Notes under the pieces: generated by a model | The model's input: the letters and a program-made list of their open reading frames with translations, nothing else | Database searches by the model: none | What the model was told of the DNA's origin: nothing | Shown here: piece by piece, positions 14,001-27,077 of the stretch | Position numbering within the stretch: the stretch's first letter is position 1 | How the letters are laid out: every line of letters begins with the position of its first letter | Source of the DNA: Balanoglossus misakiensis | Lineage: Eukaryota; Animalia; Hemichordata | Assembly: GCA_040954595.2 (NCBI GenBank) | Contig: CM082593.2 | Coordinates: 2,807,434-2,871,433, forward strand | Direction: 5' to 3' | DNA length: 64,000 nt | Program-made: the position numbers and the translations under genes

Positions 14001-16520
14001 GCGCCGCTGCTACTGCACATAACGACAAGGTCTCGTCGTCTCGCGATCAATCACGGCGAGCGAGATCTCAGTGGAATTCTCGTTGCTGTGGCAACACTCC
14101 CGATTCCCGCCCTCTTTCGTTGAGGTATGACTGGCAATCACACAGTTTTATCATCTTTTATATTAACATCTGTGTTGACTTGCCGTGTGATATTTCCGAC
14201 AACTGATTCCAAACAAAAAACGCTCAAAAGAAGGCAGTGTATTGCCTGGGGCTATGGTCGTTGATGTTTCCCCGAAAAAGTGACCGCTCATGAAATTTCC
14301 CAGAAAGAATCCCAGGTGATTTTTCATTTGAAAAGCTGGGAAATCATCGATTTTTTCCGTTAGCAAATATTGTTTTTTCCCAATGACCTCTTAACCACAA
14401 TTTGTGTACATCAAACGTGGGTAAACCGAGATATTAAATCAAAACTCTTTAAGTTGGACGCCGCACCAATCCTATAGTATTCCGCCTCCCTCATTTCGAG
14501 AAAATATGACAGTCTAGAATTATGACGTACAAACACACATCCGATTTCTGAAGTCGGTCGTTTTGATGAAGTACAAAATTGACTGGTAGTCGCTCTTTTG
14601 ATAATTAGGCGATGCCATTTTTCGGACTCTAGGGAAAACGCGGTATTGGAAAAAACCAACACAACTTGTGCGAAGTGATATTACTTACGCGCCGCTAACC
14701 TTTTGTACGTTCTAATACCTTCATCGCTAACTCTGTACTGGCAGCGCGCTCTCGGTTGCGTCATAAATGGGACAAACCCTTCTTCTCCTTCAGAAAGTAC
14801 GCGAAAAGAGTATAGAGACGAGCCTTGTTTAATTGCACAATGAATATTGCCTTTTAGAATAAAAAACATTAACGATATTTATTAATTTTAAGAGAGAATA
14901 TCCTAAACTTTCCTTGAGAAAGTTTAAGACTTTGATTTTCGAGGTGTATTCTACCTTAATAACCGAATACCGTACTTGTTTCTGAGACAGGAAACGATGG
15001 AGCTAATAATAATCTGGCAATGAGTTGATGATAGTTGTGCAAGCGATACGAAAGAATAGAATGCTTAAACAGAGAACCATTAAATTGAAAGGAAAAAAAT
15101 GGGATGGCGTGTCCTGGGGATAGCGAACTCTGATTGAATTTTGAGTGTTCATTCTCACCCAACTGAGTCATGCGTAAATTGGAGTTAAATTTACGACCTC
15201 GGTGAGGGATTGTTTTATTTTTAGTTCGACAAGGGCCATTAATTCGCCTTATATTGATACGTTTGTGTAGAGCTCTATAAAACACTGAAAAACAACGTGA
15301 ATCAGATGCTGTGTCCAGTGAAGGAGTGACATCAATTCGAAAACTGTCAAATGTTATCCTTCCCTCTGTGAACAGATCAGGTAGTGCGCACGCGCATCGA
15401 AAGCCTCATTGAAATGAGTTCATCCTGGGTTAGAAATTCGACTTTGTGTCTCGGTTTGTACCCATGTTGCCTCCGTTCTACTAAACCACTTTTCGCGCGG
15501 GTTTTTTTCTACGCAGACTACACTTTATCAGGCATTCAAGCCGGGTACCCGTCGGCTCACAGGTCCCTGCATATCGTGATACCGAGATAGCCCGGAGTGT
15601 ACGTCTCGCGCTTCATGTTTATGCGCCACACGTCTTAATTGGATAGATAAAAGCCGATAGCACTCCTCGGCGGCTTTTTGGCCAATTGGCCTCTTCCATG
15701 TATGAGGACTCAGTGACACGGAATAAATTGCCTTCGCCACGACTTCGGCGCGGTTATCTGAAATACTTTAAAGGTCCATGAGCTACCAGTGTTACGCACG
15801 ATTTTCATTTTCATTTCACACTGAAATCAATTCGACGTGTAAATGTACTTACTTGGAGGCGTGTGCACAGGTATTACAAACACGGATTTGGACTGTATGT
15901 ACAACTGGGCAGGATAAATAATAAACGGATGCCACACTCATATATGCCATACATGGTCAGCTGATCAACGGTAGCCTGATACTCTCGTCATACCCGTAGG
16001 CGTATGACTACCTGTAGATCCACTCACATGCCAACGCAGAAACGCCCAAAAACAGTCCTAAATTCCAGAAAAGGCAACCGGCACGAGACGCCAGACCGCG
16101 TTGTAAAGTTCCACAGTCACGTATACGCGAGTGGCAACTGCGTAGCACTGGGCTGAACGCAAATATCATATACGCCCTTCGGAAGCATACGTAAATGAGG
16201 TAACCTCTTCCTAAAATAACTCTTCCGGCATACATGTACTTCCGGATTTGGGATTTGGGTCTGTACACCGGGTTTAGTCACAGACAGGAACAGTTGCTAA
16301 GCGCTGAAAAGGTTACGTGGGAGGATAAACTCCCGGATCCTCTCAAAATGACTCTCTAAAGCTACCGGAGAGGAATACACCGAGTAATTTATGTATTTTC
16401 ACAGGAAGAAAAGCAGCTTAAGCAATTAAATGTAAATTGGACGCGCTCCCGCGTTGCCAGCATGACAGAAATTTCTAAGGTGTACCATGGGGGAACTGTA
16501 GTGTTATCTCACGACGATCA

Positions 16521-16564
16521 ATCCGTCCATCCATCAATCAATCATTCAATATATCTATCTATCA
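16521..16564. repeat. Short compound microsatellite (ATCC/ATCA/ATCT)n
   Basis: atccgtccatccatcaatcaatcattcaatatatctatctatc. Confidence 0.5.
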
Positions 16565-16993
16565 GAGTTTTGATGTGGTAATCGCTCATTTATTAGTCAC
16601 AGTCGTCAAATAAGCGGTTGAATGAACTAAAATAATTATCACTGACCGCAATTAAAGAAAGTCGATTAATTGATGATTCAAGAGGTGATTAACTATTTCA
16701 ATGTCTGCAACTTAGGGTATATATGAACACTATGGGCTGCACCAGTATGTTAAAGCGTGGCTGTGTTTTCCCGAGTTTTTGTGGGTAGGCGAAGTTTTGC
16801 ATTTACCGAGTAGTGACAATATGCGCATGCGGTACAACACTTTGCAAGCCCACTGGCAACACAAATTATCTCACTCACTAACCGGTTTCACCTACCCAGG
16901 GTGTTCATTGAAAGCGATTCCAGATTCGGTTCGTGTGTAACGTCTTCTCGTATTTTTTCTTCTCTGTCTCCCCTCTCCAGATCTTGCAGGAGG

Positions 16994-19900
16994 ATGGCTC
17001 CGCTCACGACAGCCTTAGCAACGTGGTTTTCACTGCTTTTAACGTCAACGGTGGTTGTTTCACAGGAACTGCCCGGCAGAAAAGAAGAATACTTGCACTT
17101 CCAAATGACAAACCCAGAAATATTTTACGATACGGACTATTTACCGGATGGATTGCAAGTGAGGGATTTCATCTTTAAGGATTCGGTAGCAGAAAAAAGG
17201 TTGGTTTTCGATGCAACTATGAAAACATAACTTATGCGCCAGTTTCATTTTCGGTACGTCCCTAAATTTTTTTTTTCAAAATAGCAACACCCGATGTCCC
17301 TACATTTTATTGGACATTATTATTTTCACAGGTGTCCGCGTCGCCGTCGCAGAGACACCGTTTAGTTAAACCTAAGACTCCTTTGCGTAAGCGAGTGTTC
17401 GTGAATAGTTTGCGAAATCATTGCGCTATCAATGTCGTGTTCTTTGATCGCCCAGGCAAGTATGAGCGATAGACTACATGTCTACACTGTGGTCGGTAAT
17501 CGTCTAGCCCGCCGGGCTCACAGTGATTATCTGCGTTGTAATCTTCGATTCAGGTGACGGCATTTTCACACAGAATGCCGCTGCGGTTCAAACCGCAATG
17601 CGCAGCGCTGGCCTCGCCTATGTGATTAGCCTGAGCGATGGATAAAGACCAGGAGCCGCGTTGGAAAACCCCGGATGCGGGAGCGCGTGCGTGCGTGTCG
17701 AACGACAAAGTCGGCTTTATGGCTGCACAATGAGGACTATTTTAAAACCTCCATGTGCATTGTCCGCCGCGCGCAAGGCTAATTTAAACGTCAAACCATG
17801 TAACGAGCACTAATTGACGGCCGCCATCTTTCATGACTCCCTTTCATTTATTTGCACTGCATTCTGGGTAATTTCAGGTACTTTTTCTCCGTCGAAGAAG
17901 ACAACACGCCAGTGACTATCACGGTGACACCGTGCGCGGCGTTACTGGAATGGCAACTGACGCTCTTACCGGACGAAGGCAGCGGGGAGGCATCAGGTAC
18001 CGACTTTACAGTGTTTCTTAATCAGGAAAGGGTAGTGTAGTTAGTTAACGAGCGCGGCGTTTCCACCGGTCACTGCGCCTAATTGCCTATAAATGGCTCC
18101 CGTCACACAATCGATCGGCGAACGTGTCCAACGACACTTTCTGGTATACCAATGACTTTAAAAGTATTTTATCACCGATTAAAATAGATATATGACATCA
18201 CGCTATGCACTTGACATTTACGTGGGCGACGTCATTAATATTTGAATTTAATTAGCTCGGACACTGACGTTTCCGGTTGCCAGGTAGCTATTAATTCATG
18301 TTGGCAAACAATGTACTACTTTACTTTCATATGACTAATCGTCGGGGTGGGATGACGTGTAAAACAATTTTTGCACATGTAATTACAAAAGTGAAAGAAA
18401 AAAGGTCCATCTGACAGTACTGCTCTTGTTATCATCTTGTCGCGCGAGATCACGCAGAGTCTCGTGGACTTCGGGAAACGGTCTACAATGTATTGACTTC
18501 CGCGACCAGTCAGCAAAATCCAGGTACCCCCAGCCACGCGTGCAGCAGAATGGAAATATTCACGCGCGTACCTCGTGAATTCCATACCAAATCGAAAGAC
18601 CGGCCGCTTGGAACAGTCGCTCTTCAGACTCGTTGGTCTGAAACGAAATAATTGCACATTAAACTTTAATTATCTAAATAGTACATGTCGGTCGCCATCC
18701 CCGACCCTTGGATGACCTTTGGTGTCTTTTTGTAATCCCAAGATGGAACTGCTACGGATTTCTGAACCTGGTACGATTGAGTTATTCAAAAGTGCGATGG
18801 CTTGATTTTTTGCTTCCAGGCGATGAAGTAGAATTCCCTCATGGGTCTGCAACCACGCTCTAGATGTTCTGCGCGATAGAGGAAATCATTCGCGCCTCCC
18901 GTAAAATATCCAAGCCTGGTTCAACGTCGAATTGCGGATGAGCTCTCACTCGAGCAGCCTGCGCGAATTAAAATAACGACCTTAAAGTGCAATTATTTTA
19001 TATTAAATTATGCACCTCCGTTGTTATCTAATGAATTGAAAATGACCGGGAAAGTCAGCCAGTGCTGGAAAATTTGAATGGATTTATATTAGGACAGCTT
19101 TTAAATAATCGACTAAAATGCTGCTGATTGTACTTTCACTTTCAAATGATACTGTAACAAGATAACTTGATATTGTTGAAGTGATTCTTACAGTATCGCC
19201 GCCCTTCTATGAACTACTGTTTAATCCCCACGTATTTACACTGAAATTAGTCTCCCTACATGGATTATACAACTGTGATACAATAGATTATGCCAAACCT
19301 AAACGCCACGGTTTAGATATTATTGTGGGCATCCTGCTATCTTATAATTGAAATGCATTCGTAATGTTTGGGTTACAGTACCCTTGTTTCTAGTAATCAT
19401 GGCGGTGATAGGCAATTATGATCATCTAACCCAAGTTTCTCCAAATCCTCGATGTTGACGTTTGACGGAGAATTGATAATCGTCACCCGTTAGATTCACA
19501 CATTTCCCCATTCCCACCGCATTTTTCCACGATGAGTCATCGATGGTTAGAATTCCATCACTTAAGAGACGCTTTGGCCATACCGCTTACATTTTCTGTT
19601 TGGCAACCTTTCTGGGTGATGAGCTGCAGTGAAAGGCTGTATTCTTTTGATTAGACATAGGCTCTCCCCAGTGTTGCAGATTTTCATTTGGGTTGCCACG
19701 CGAAAATGTGCGCCTCCACAAGACCATCAAAAGAAATATACACTTATTAACCATATATGGTCATATGTAAATTAGAGGTATAGACTCGTCATGGTCACAT
19801 CATTGGGATATTAGGCTATTCTTTATGTGCGATATCAAGAGATAGAAAACGCATTGTATCACGCCATGCAGTTGCCGCATTGCTGTGTAATTGTAGCGAC

Positions 19901-22900
19901 AGGCCAACGCACACGCCACCTAATGGGGTTGGCTTGGTGCTTTTTATCAGCTCACCCTCGATCGCCGAGCAATTTGCATGCAAAGAAGCCACAGATGACA
20001 TCATGTCCACGGGGCCAAAGACTGCGAAAAACAAAGTTGTCATCGGGGAGTTCCAGGTGATAAGGTCCACGCGCCAACAATATCGTGAGACATTGATTTG
20101 TCGATGGACTCTGCAAGGACCGAGGGAAATGAGTCATCCTGCGCGCACGGAGCAACTGTAAACAACAGATACAGCCCCGCAACGCGTCAGCCACCAATAA
20201 AGTATAGCAATTTGCAAAACAGAACCCAGGGTTCCAATAAACCAATTCGAACAGAAAACAACGCCGCTATCTCCAATGCCCTGAAGCGATAAATACCAAT
20301 ATACTCCCCTTGTTCAGTGACTTCTTCGAAATAGGCCAACACTCACAGTTGGAATGAAATATCAATTCCGAATCCCCCCTGCGGCGAATCTTCCACGAAA
20401 ATATTTATCACAAAATAAAATAATAATCAATGGCGTCTATTTTAAGGCAATTTCAGTTGTGCGTGCGGCTGAAGTCAATAATTTTTATCAGATCAAAATA
20501 TACGTGAGCTCTGTCCGCAAGTTTGTTGTTTACATTTCTGTAATTGGAGAACTGAATTATTGATTTTCCTTAATATGCCTCGCTTGTAGTTTGGATGTCT
20601 GTGCACGTTAACAAGCTAAATATGTACCAACATTTAGTTTTTTGGGCGATGAAAGTGAATTTTTGTCTCCAATGATATTTGGGTGCCCAGTGACTTGTTT
20701 TAACAATGTGTGTGTGTTCTCGAGGCAAGCCATATTTCATTCGGTGTTGTCATTTTAGGGGTGGGGTGGCTTATTGTGGTTACGTGTGATAGGCATAATT
20801 CAATGCCTACCCATATAAGCCTGTGTGATGAAAACTCAAGTTCATTACCCTTGTGCGCCTTTTCTCGTTCAGGCCATACTAGTTCTTTCCATTTGTCAGA
20901 CAGCAGCATACAATTCCCGTATAGGTTCTGTCAACCGTGCGTGACTTGCATAATATGTTCAGTAGTCCTTGACGAATGAATTATGTGTGATTTTTTTTGC
21001 CTCCACCAGAGACTCGACTCGCGAACCTCCACACAAAGTCACCCGGCTTATCATAATTTTTATTCACTCGTAGAGAGGCCTTGGAAAACGAGGCGCCGTG
21101 TCACGACTCAGAGACACATTAATTTCAAAATGTCACTTAAATCTTTATATTCCTGAAATATGCATTTCCTATAAGTGGGGGATTATATTTTGACATGATT
21201 CCGGTAATCCGCATTCCTTTACATGATACCTTGAGTAATTCCCTCACCATGAAGTCTCCTACTTTTGATTTAAGAATGAGTTCAGGAATAGAGTGAATAG
21301 AATACAATTTTCACGCAATGTCATTAAATGTAGCCAAATGACAAACATCGTTAGGGTAGATGTACCATCTAAGGTATCTTGCCCAGAAGGTCTGGAGTGA
21401 TCACTTTGACTTAATCGTCGGGTTGCGTGAGTTTCTTTAATCCCCCAAGTCCATCACGTTCTGCTCTTTATCGACAAGGGAAAGAAATGTTACAATTATT
21501 CACCGATCTCCGGTTCTTTACACAAGGAAGAATGAAAGCCCGGTTTGACTTTCTCGTCCCTGCAAAGATATCGATTGGGCGTATCAAGCCGCCAGCGCGG
21601 AAGAAGCGCGCTCTCTCTCTGAAACGAGCCTTGCCAATTATGCACGATCGTTATGCGTTATATGGTTCAAAATAGACTGAGTCAATTTCAAAATCTGATT
21701 CATTTATCATCAAAGCTATGGGGGACACACACTATTGATATTCAAAAAACGCGACCTTCGTCGGAGTTGAAGCGAAGCGTCATATTTTTGGAGGCAGAAA
21801 GTGGCGGAGACAGTAATTCCACTGTTTTGTTTGATAAATGGCGACAGCATCATTGACACTATGGGAAAACCAATCCAGTAAAGCGTGCTAGTGGCCGCAT
21901 TTGATTACCTTAATACATTTGTATCGGCGCACCGCAGGTAGCAATTACTGGGAGCTGGCGAGCTGCTAGTTTACACAATGGGGACCGAGTACCTGACAGT
22001 TCATTTAGCGGCGAAAGCGCCAAGTCACTCTGCGAGCGCGGAAGCTTTGATCTATTATAGCGTCGAGTTTGTCTTAATGCAAAGAAAGACTTAAGTAAAT
22101 CTTGATAACCAGTCAGAGGGAGTACAAATAAGAAATTAAAACCTGACAGTCTGGGCTGTTCGCCAAGATTGCTTTCACATTTGTCGAAACCGACGTCTGT
22201 AAGATTGATAAAAACTATAATCTGTACCTCCGTGTAAATTGTGTTGACCTTGCTCCCAATGTTTTTTTAATCCACCCCGACACTTCCAGGGCCCATTTGC
22301 TAGACTTCTGTGAGCGTTCATATTGGTCATTAGTTATCCGCTAAGTAATTATTCCAAAGTGATCATCGATACAAATGTATGGCTTAAAACATTTTTGCAG
22401 TTAAAACTCTCGTGCTCGAGTGTGCTATATTATTAGTAGTCATGGGTATCTCCCAGAACCAATCACCCAACAACCTCAATGTCCACCGAATGTTAATTGC
22501 ATTACATGGGAACAGTATTATGTCGAGGAGGAAATGAAATTTATAGAAACATCGTCACGGGAGTATAAAGTTGTAAATCTAACAATTTTAACCAGTGTCC
22601 GGTGGAAACATCTAAAATTAATATGTAGACAGGACTGGGCGCTATCTTCGATGACCATAATCTTATTTCCTTACTAAATAACTTAACGTGATAATATATC
22701 CAACTTCAGTTCGACAGTTCTCAACGCCTCCGTCGTGAGCTGTTACTCTTAATTGGACATTTATGTACCCAACTTTATATCGTTATCGCGACGTTTTTAC
22801 GCAATGTGTCTGCCAGGAGCCGTGAATGCTTGTGGACGAACGCGTCACCGATTTCAATGAAATTCGTGGTGGCGCTCCAGCTGACGCCCGCTTGTCTGTG

Positions 22901-25827
22901 TCGAATAAATTCAAGAAGTCATCCAAAAAGCGGTTTTATTGTGATTGCTGCCGATGCGGGGCATTTAACGTCAAGGTGTGAATGGCAAGCGGGCATTGCT
23001 GATTTGGTAAAGGAAATGCAGTTTAGATCAAATGGCGGACTTTTATTCCATAATTCTGGAGTGGGTCCATACGGGCATTTGGCCACAATTGCCCAACGTG
23101 GAATGTTCGCTTTAATGCCAATCAGCGCCGGCGACGTGTCTCAAGCTGAGAGCTCAGTCTGCATCACACAAAAGTGGCCATCCAGTCTCTTGCTAATTAT
23201 CCTCAGTATAGTGTGCGCCGCGAACAAAAGTCATATTCAATCTTCCATGTCTTACCTTGAAAATAAACTGCCTAATACTGACACAGCAAGCATTTCATTT
23301 CATGCAATCCTTAGAGTCGTGGATTTTTGGTCAAAGTTTGTGGTACATACATAAAACAAATACAGAAGTTGCAAGCTATCAGATATGACATTTATCTCTG
23401 AATTATTGATCTGGGAGCGATTTCACAACATAGACATTATTTCTTTACATTTCGGCGACATGGTTAGGCCTTTTACGTTTGAAATCCTAACTCAAGGAGG
23501 CCACAGGCGCCTTCCATACGGATATGGCGCATAGCTTGTGAATAAATGAATACGTAATTGCATGATTATGTGCACCAACGTGTGGGCGAAATAATTAATG
23601 GCCTTTCTTGCTAGTCAACTGAAGAACAAGATCGTAGTCTTTAATGTCTCCTCGAAATACCGAAAGCTTTACACCGCATTTGACGGATTGGCAGCCAAAG
23701 TTTGCTCCGCTACGTTCCTTACCCCCGTTTTACCCATAAGTTAACTTGAAGCTCCAGTAACTTTTCTAATTGAGCAAAATCTACCTAATGTCAGAAGATA
23801 TAATGTTTGACCAGTACGACAAGCGCCTGGGATGAGTCATGCGCTATTTGAATCTTGAACCAGAAAAAAAATAATTGGTTTGGCCACCTCGTTCAGAATT
23901 TTATAAGGTTCTTATGTGGTCGGCGTGCAGCAACTGAAACTGGCTGACATTTACAGCAACATTAAAGAGATTTAGAATTATACTGTTCGGTGATTCATAA
24001 CGGTTGATTCCGCGGAGAAAAGTCAACAAACCTGCGGAGAGATCAGTAGATGTTCAATGTTATAGTTCTGAATAACTTTACCTGTGTAACTGATAGGGCC
24101 AACATGGCCGGCCCCAGTTGCCGATTTTTACGGACAGAGCGTCTCGTGTTAACAAATTTGCATATTGCATCTTGGACGAAATGGGAATAAAGCACGGATT
24201 TATGGAGCAAATCCAAACACACTGATCATTAATAATATGAGTCACAAGGCAATAGTGCCAGATGTTCTGAACACCTTTGCGATTTATGTTTTTTTTGTTG
24301 AGAAGGTGAGGTCTTGAAAGGAGCCAAACGGTCGACAGAGGGGGTACTTCTCGGACTCATTTCAAAACTTGTGTGTGAGGGCGACAAGCAGTACCGTTCT
24401 GGGGTTAGAATAATGGGAGGTTGTACACGTGGGAAAGTCACACCGACTCATCGCATTTATTTCTTTAAAATTCAGGTGAGGGTCTTGAACACTTCGAGGA
24501 ACAGATGGCACGATTAAGGCCTGACCAATCCAGTCCGCTTTTAAAAGCCTACACGGGCTATTCGCGGAGTAGTTACGTTGCGCACGATTCGCCGGCGGGG
24601 GACTACATGCTTTTAATTCGGTCACCAGAAATGGACTCCACGGTGTACATGTATGCCACGACAACCCCGGATTCAGACCAAGCGTACCCGGAACTACCTT
24701 CTGACCCGCGGCTTGATATCACGGCTGTGCAGAGGCACGCGGTCACGCTGGGCTGGAAATCCTCGCCGACGGAGTCCACGCACAGCACACAGATCGAGTA
24801 CTACATCACCGCGAACACCGACAAAAACTTCGAAACTATGTGTGGGTTTCAGAGTTACCACAGCATGGAGAAGCCGCCTGCTCTCCCGCGCGACCACGGC
24901 TTCGGTTTCGAGTTTGAGGACGATATTCTGGAGCGCCATCGAGAGAGCCGACGGCGTTACAAGAAACGACAGAAAGAGATCAAAGACAAAGATTTCCGAA
25001 TGGAGTTCGTTGGTGGCAAGACGCAGCACACCTTCACCGACCTGATCCCCGGCAAGCAGTATTTCTTCGATCTGTTCGCCGTCAACAAAGGCAACAACTA
25101 CAGCACGGCTTACGAAGGCGCCACCCTGAAGACGAGGAAGCGACAACACCACAAAATCATCGACCTGAAAGACGGCAAGGTGGTGCAGTCGTCGGTCAAG
25201 AAATCCACCTCGCCCAAATCCTTCCGCTTCCGGGTATTCGACACAGTCAACAAGCTCATGGTCACAATCCACCCGTGCTCCTCCATGGTCTACGCTGAAA
25301 TTTGGAAAGACAACGAAATGCTTCTCGGAACGGAAGCGGTTGGCCTTAGGAACTTTACTCTCGACAACGCTACACCCGGGGCCTACTTCGTGAAGGTTTC
25401 CAACTCTAGGCGACGCTCCGTCTCCTTTAAAGTCTCGGCGACCACGCGGCCTTCCAAATACCCCTATCCGAGAATGCCAACCGACACCCGGGTTATGGAG
25501 TACGACAAGCTACGTCGGTGCGATTCTGTATGGTTAGCATGGCTTGGGACAAAAGAGAAGTCTCATTACTGCTTCTATAAACGGGAGGAGCCCGAGGGGA
25601 GGAGACATGCACGACTCAATACTTGTCACGGGCCGGACATGCGCAAAAAGACAGAAAAAATGTTTTGTCGCCATTACAACACAAATGAAGGAAAGAACGT
25701 TCGTACTGAAAGAGTGACTGGCTTATCGCCTGCAACAACGTATAAATTCGATATCTATGTAGATAGCTATGGTGCAGAGACACTTCCTTACCAAAGTATT
25801 TGGGTTACAACGAAGGAACACTGTTAA
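16994..25827 (+). CDS. NDNF: Neuron-derived neurotrophic factor homolog (secreted; signal peptide, NDNF domain, two FN3-like repeats); join(16994..17199,17878..17996,24476..25827), 558 aa
   Basis: Signal peptide MAPLTTALATWFSLLLTSTVVVSQE. Exon 2 RYFFSVEEDNTPVTITVTPCAALLEWQL..GSGEASG and exon 3 YATTTPDSDQAYPELPSDPRLDIT..VTLGWKSSPT..YFFDLFAVN..CDSVWLAW..TTKEHC closely match vertebrate NDNF as I recall it. All junctions are GT-AG with matching phases (2, then 1); total 1677 nt, divisible by 3. Confidence 0.95.
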
Positions 25828-26938
25828 AATATCATCTGTCCACAGCTTGGACTGTTGCATATAGAGATGAAACAACCTTAAGACACATTTCAAGCCAGAA
25901 CGTGGAACAAATTTACATAAAGCGAAGTGTTAGACACTCAGAGACCCTACATTTTACGGAGTCTCCGAATACTGCATTCCAGCTATACATTGGTTTGTGT
26001 ACTGTTCTAAAAAGATGGCGGTGTTGTTTTGACCACAGGAAGATGCTTTGACCTTCTGTTGGTGTAGAAACGGGACATCTAAGCCTCGGGTGTGCTTCAA
26101 GGAACGTTCAGGGAAGACTTGAAACGATACCAATAAAAATCCCACACAGGATAACATGAAAGAATGCCTGGGAGTTTTTAAAAATATAAATATGTTGACG
26201 TCGTCCGATAATTACCGGAAGTGACGTCTGCAACAGGTTATGACGTCAGAACTGAACTGACATGTGCATTGACTGTCGCTGCTTGTTGCCTCATGTTCAC
26301 TTTAGAAAAAAGACTATAATTTACGAGAAGTTAAAGAAGAACTTGGAAATATTTTTTATAAGATGTTTGGGTTCGTGGCGTCGAAGGAGAACCCATGTGA
26401 AGTTTTTTTTGTTTGAAAAATATTGTCATATTTATCAGTGGTTATATTAAATTAGCACCATTGCTAGGTCAGGTGACTGCATGTGTCAGATGTGATTGGT
26501 CCATAAAGCTGGTCTTATGCTCCCGCTTTTTATTTTAAGTGTAATTTTCAGCAGCTTTGCATGGTTATATGCCGAACTTTGTATGAATATAGGGTAAGGG
26601 TTTGGATAATACACTTTTATCAAAAAATGTATCTGACAAAGTTTAATGTTGCACTAACGTCATGTAATATTATTACACGGTGTGTAATTTTTTTAATTTC
26701 TTTCAGCGAATTTCCCTGTTACGATCCCCGTGATGTCGTCTGTTGGACACAAAATGATGTGGGATGCATTATATGGTTATAGAAATTGCAAACGCTAAAT
26801 TGTAGCCTTTGTCTTGATCAGAGAAGTTCAAATAATTTTGAATCAAACATCTGGAGCCAATGAAAACCCATTGCAGTTTTAAATTTAAGTCTGTACTGGT
26901 TTTCCTGGTTCTAGGTATCACAGTTTTCCTTGAGAGAG

Positions 26939-27077
26939 GTCTGGTCCCTATTGTCTTGAGTCGCTGGTGGCGATATACACGTAGCCAACATAGTATATTG
27001 GAGTTCGTGTCTGAACACGGGAGCTAAACCCAACACGTGTGCAGCGCCGCCAGCGACGAATTACAGGTTGACCAGAC
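26939..27077. mobile_element. MITE-like inverted-repeat element (about 140 bp) downstream of the NDNF stop
   Basis: Ends GTCTGGTC / GACCAGAC. Inner arms GTCGCTGGTGGCGATATACACGT and ACGTGTGCAGCGCCGCCAGCGAC are reverse complements at 19 of 23 positions. Central CGTGT-CTGA-ACACG hairpin. No clear TSD. Confidence 0.45.

Noticed and set aside
21-16268. Numerous 60-156 aa ORFs upstream of NDNF
   Set aside because: Their composition is random-like, with no motifs and no chain of phase-compatible splice sites.
19462-19482. miR-184-like 21-mer TTGACGGAGAATTGATAATCG in NDNF intron 2
   Set aside because: About 17/21 match from memory, but with a seed mismatch and only weak pairing to the upstream arm. 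Likely chance.
22806-23354. 182-aa ORF in NDNF intron 2
   Set aside because: No recognisable domain or codon bias. NDNF exons 2 and 3 join in frame without it.
24653-25272. Overlapping ORFs 24653-25045 (+) and 24694-25272 (-)
   Set aside because: These are shadows of the GC3-rich NDNF exon with no independent protein features.
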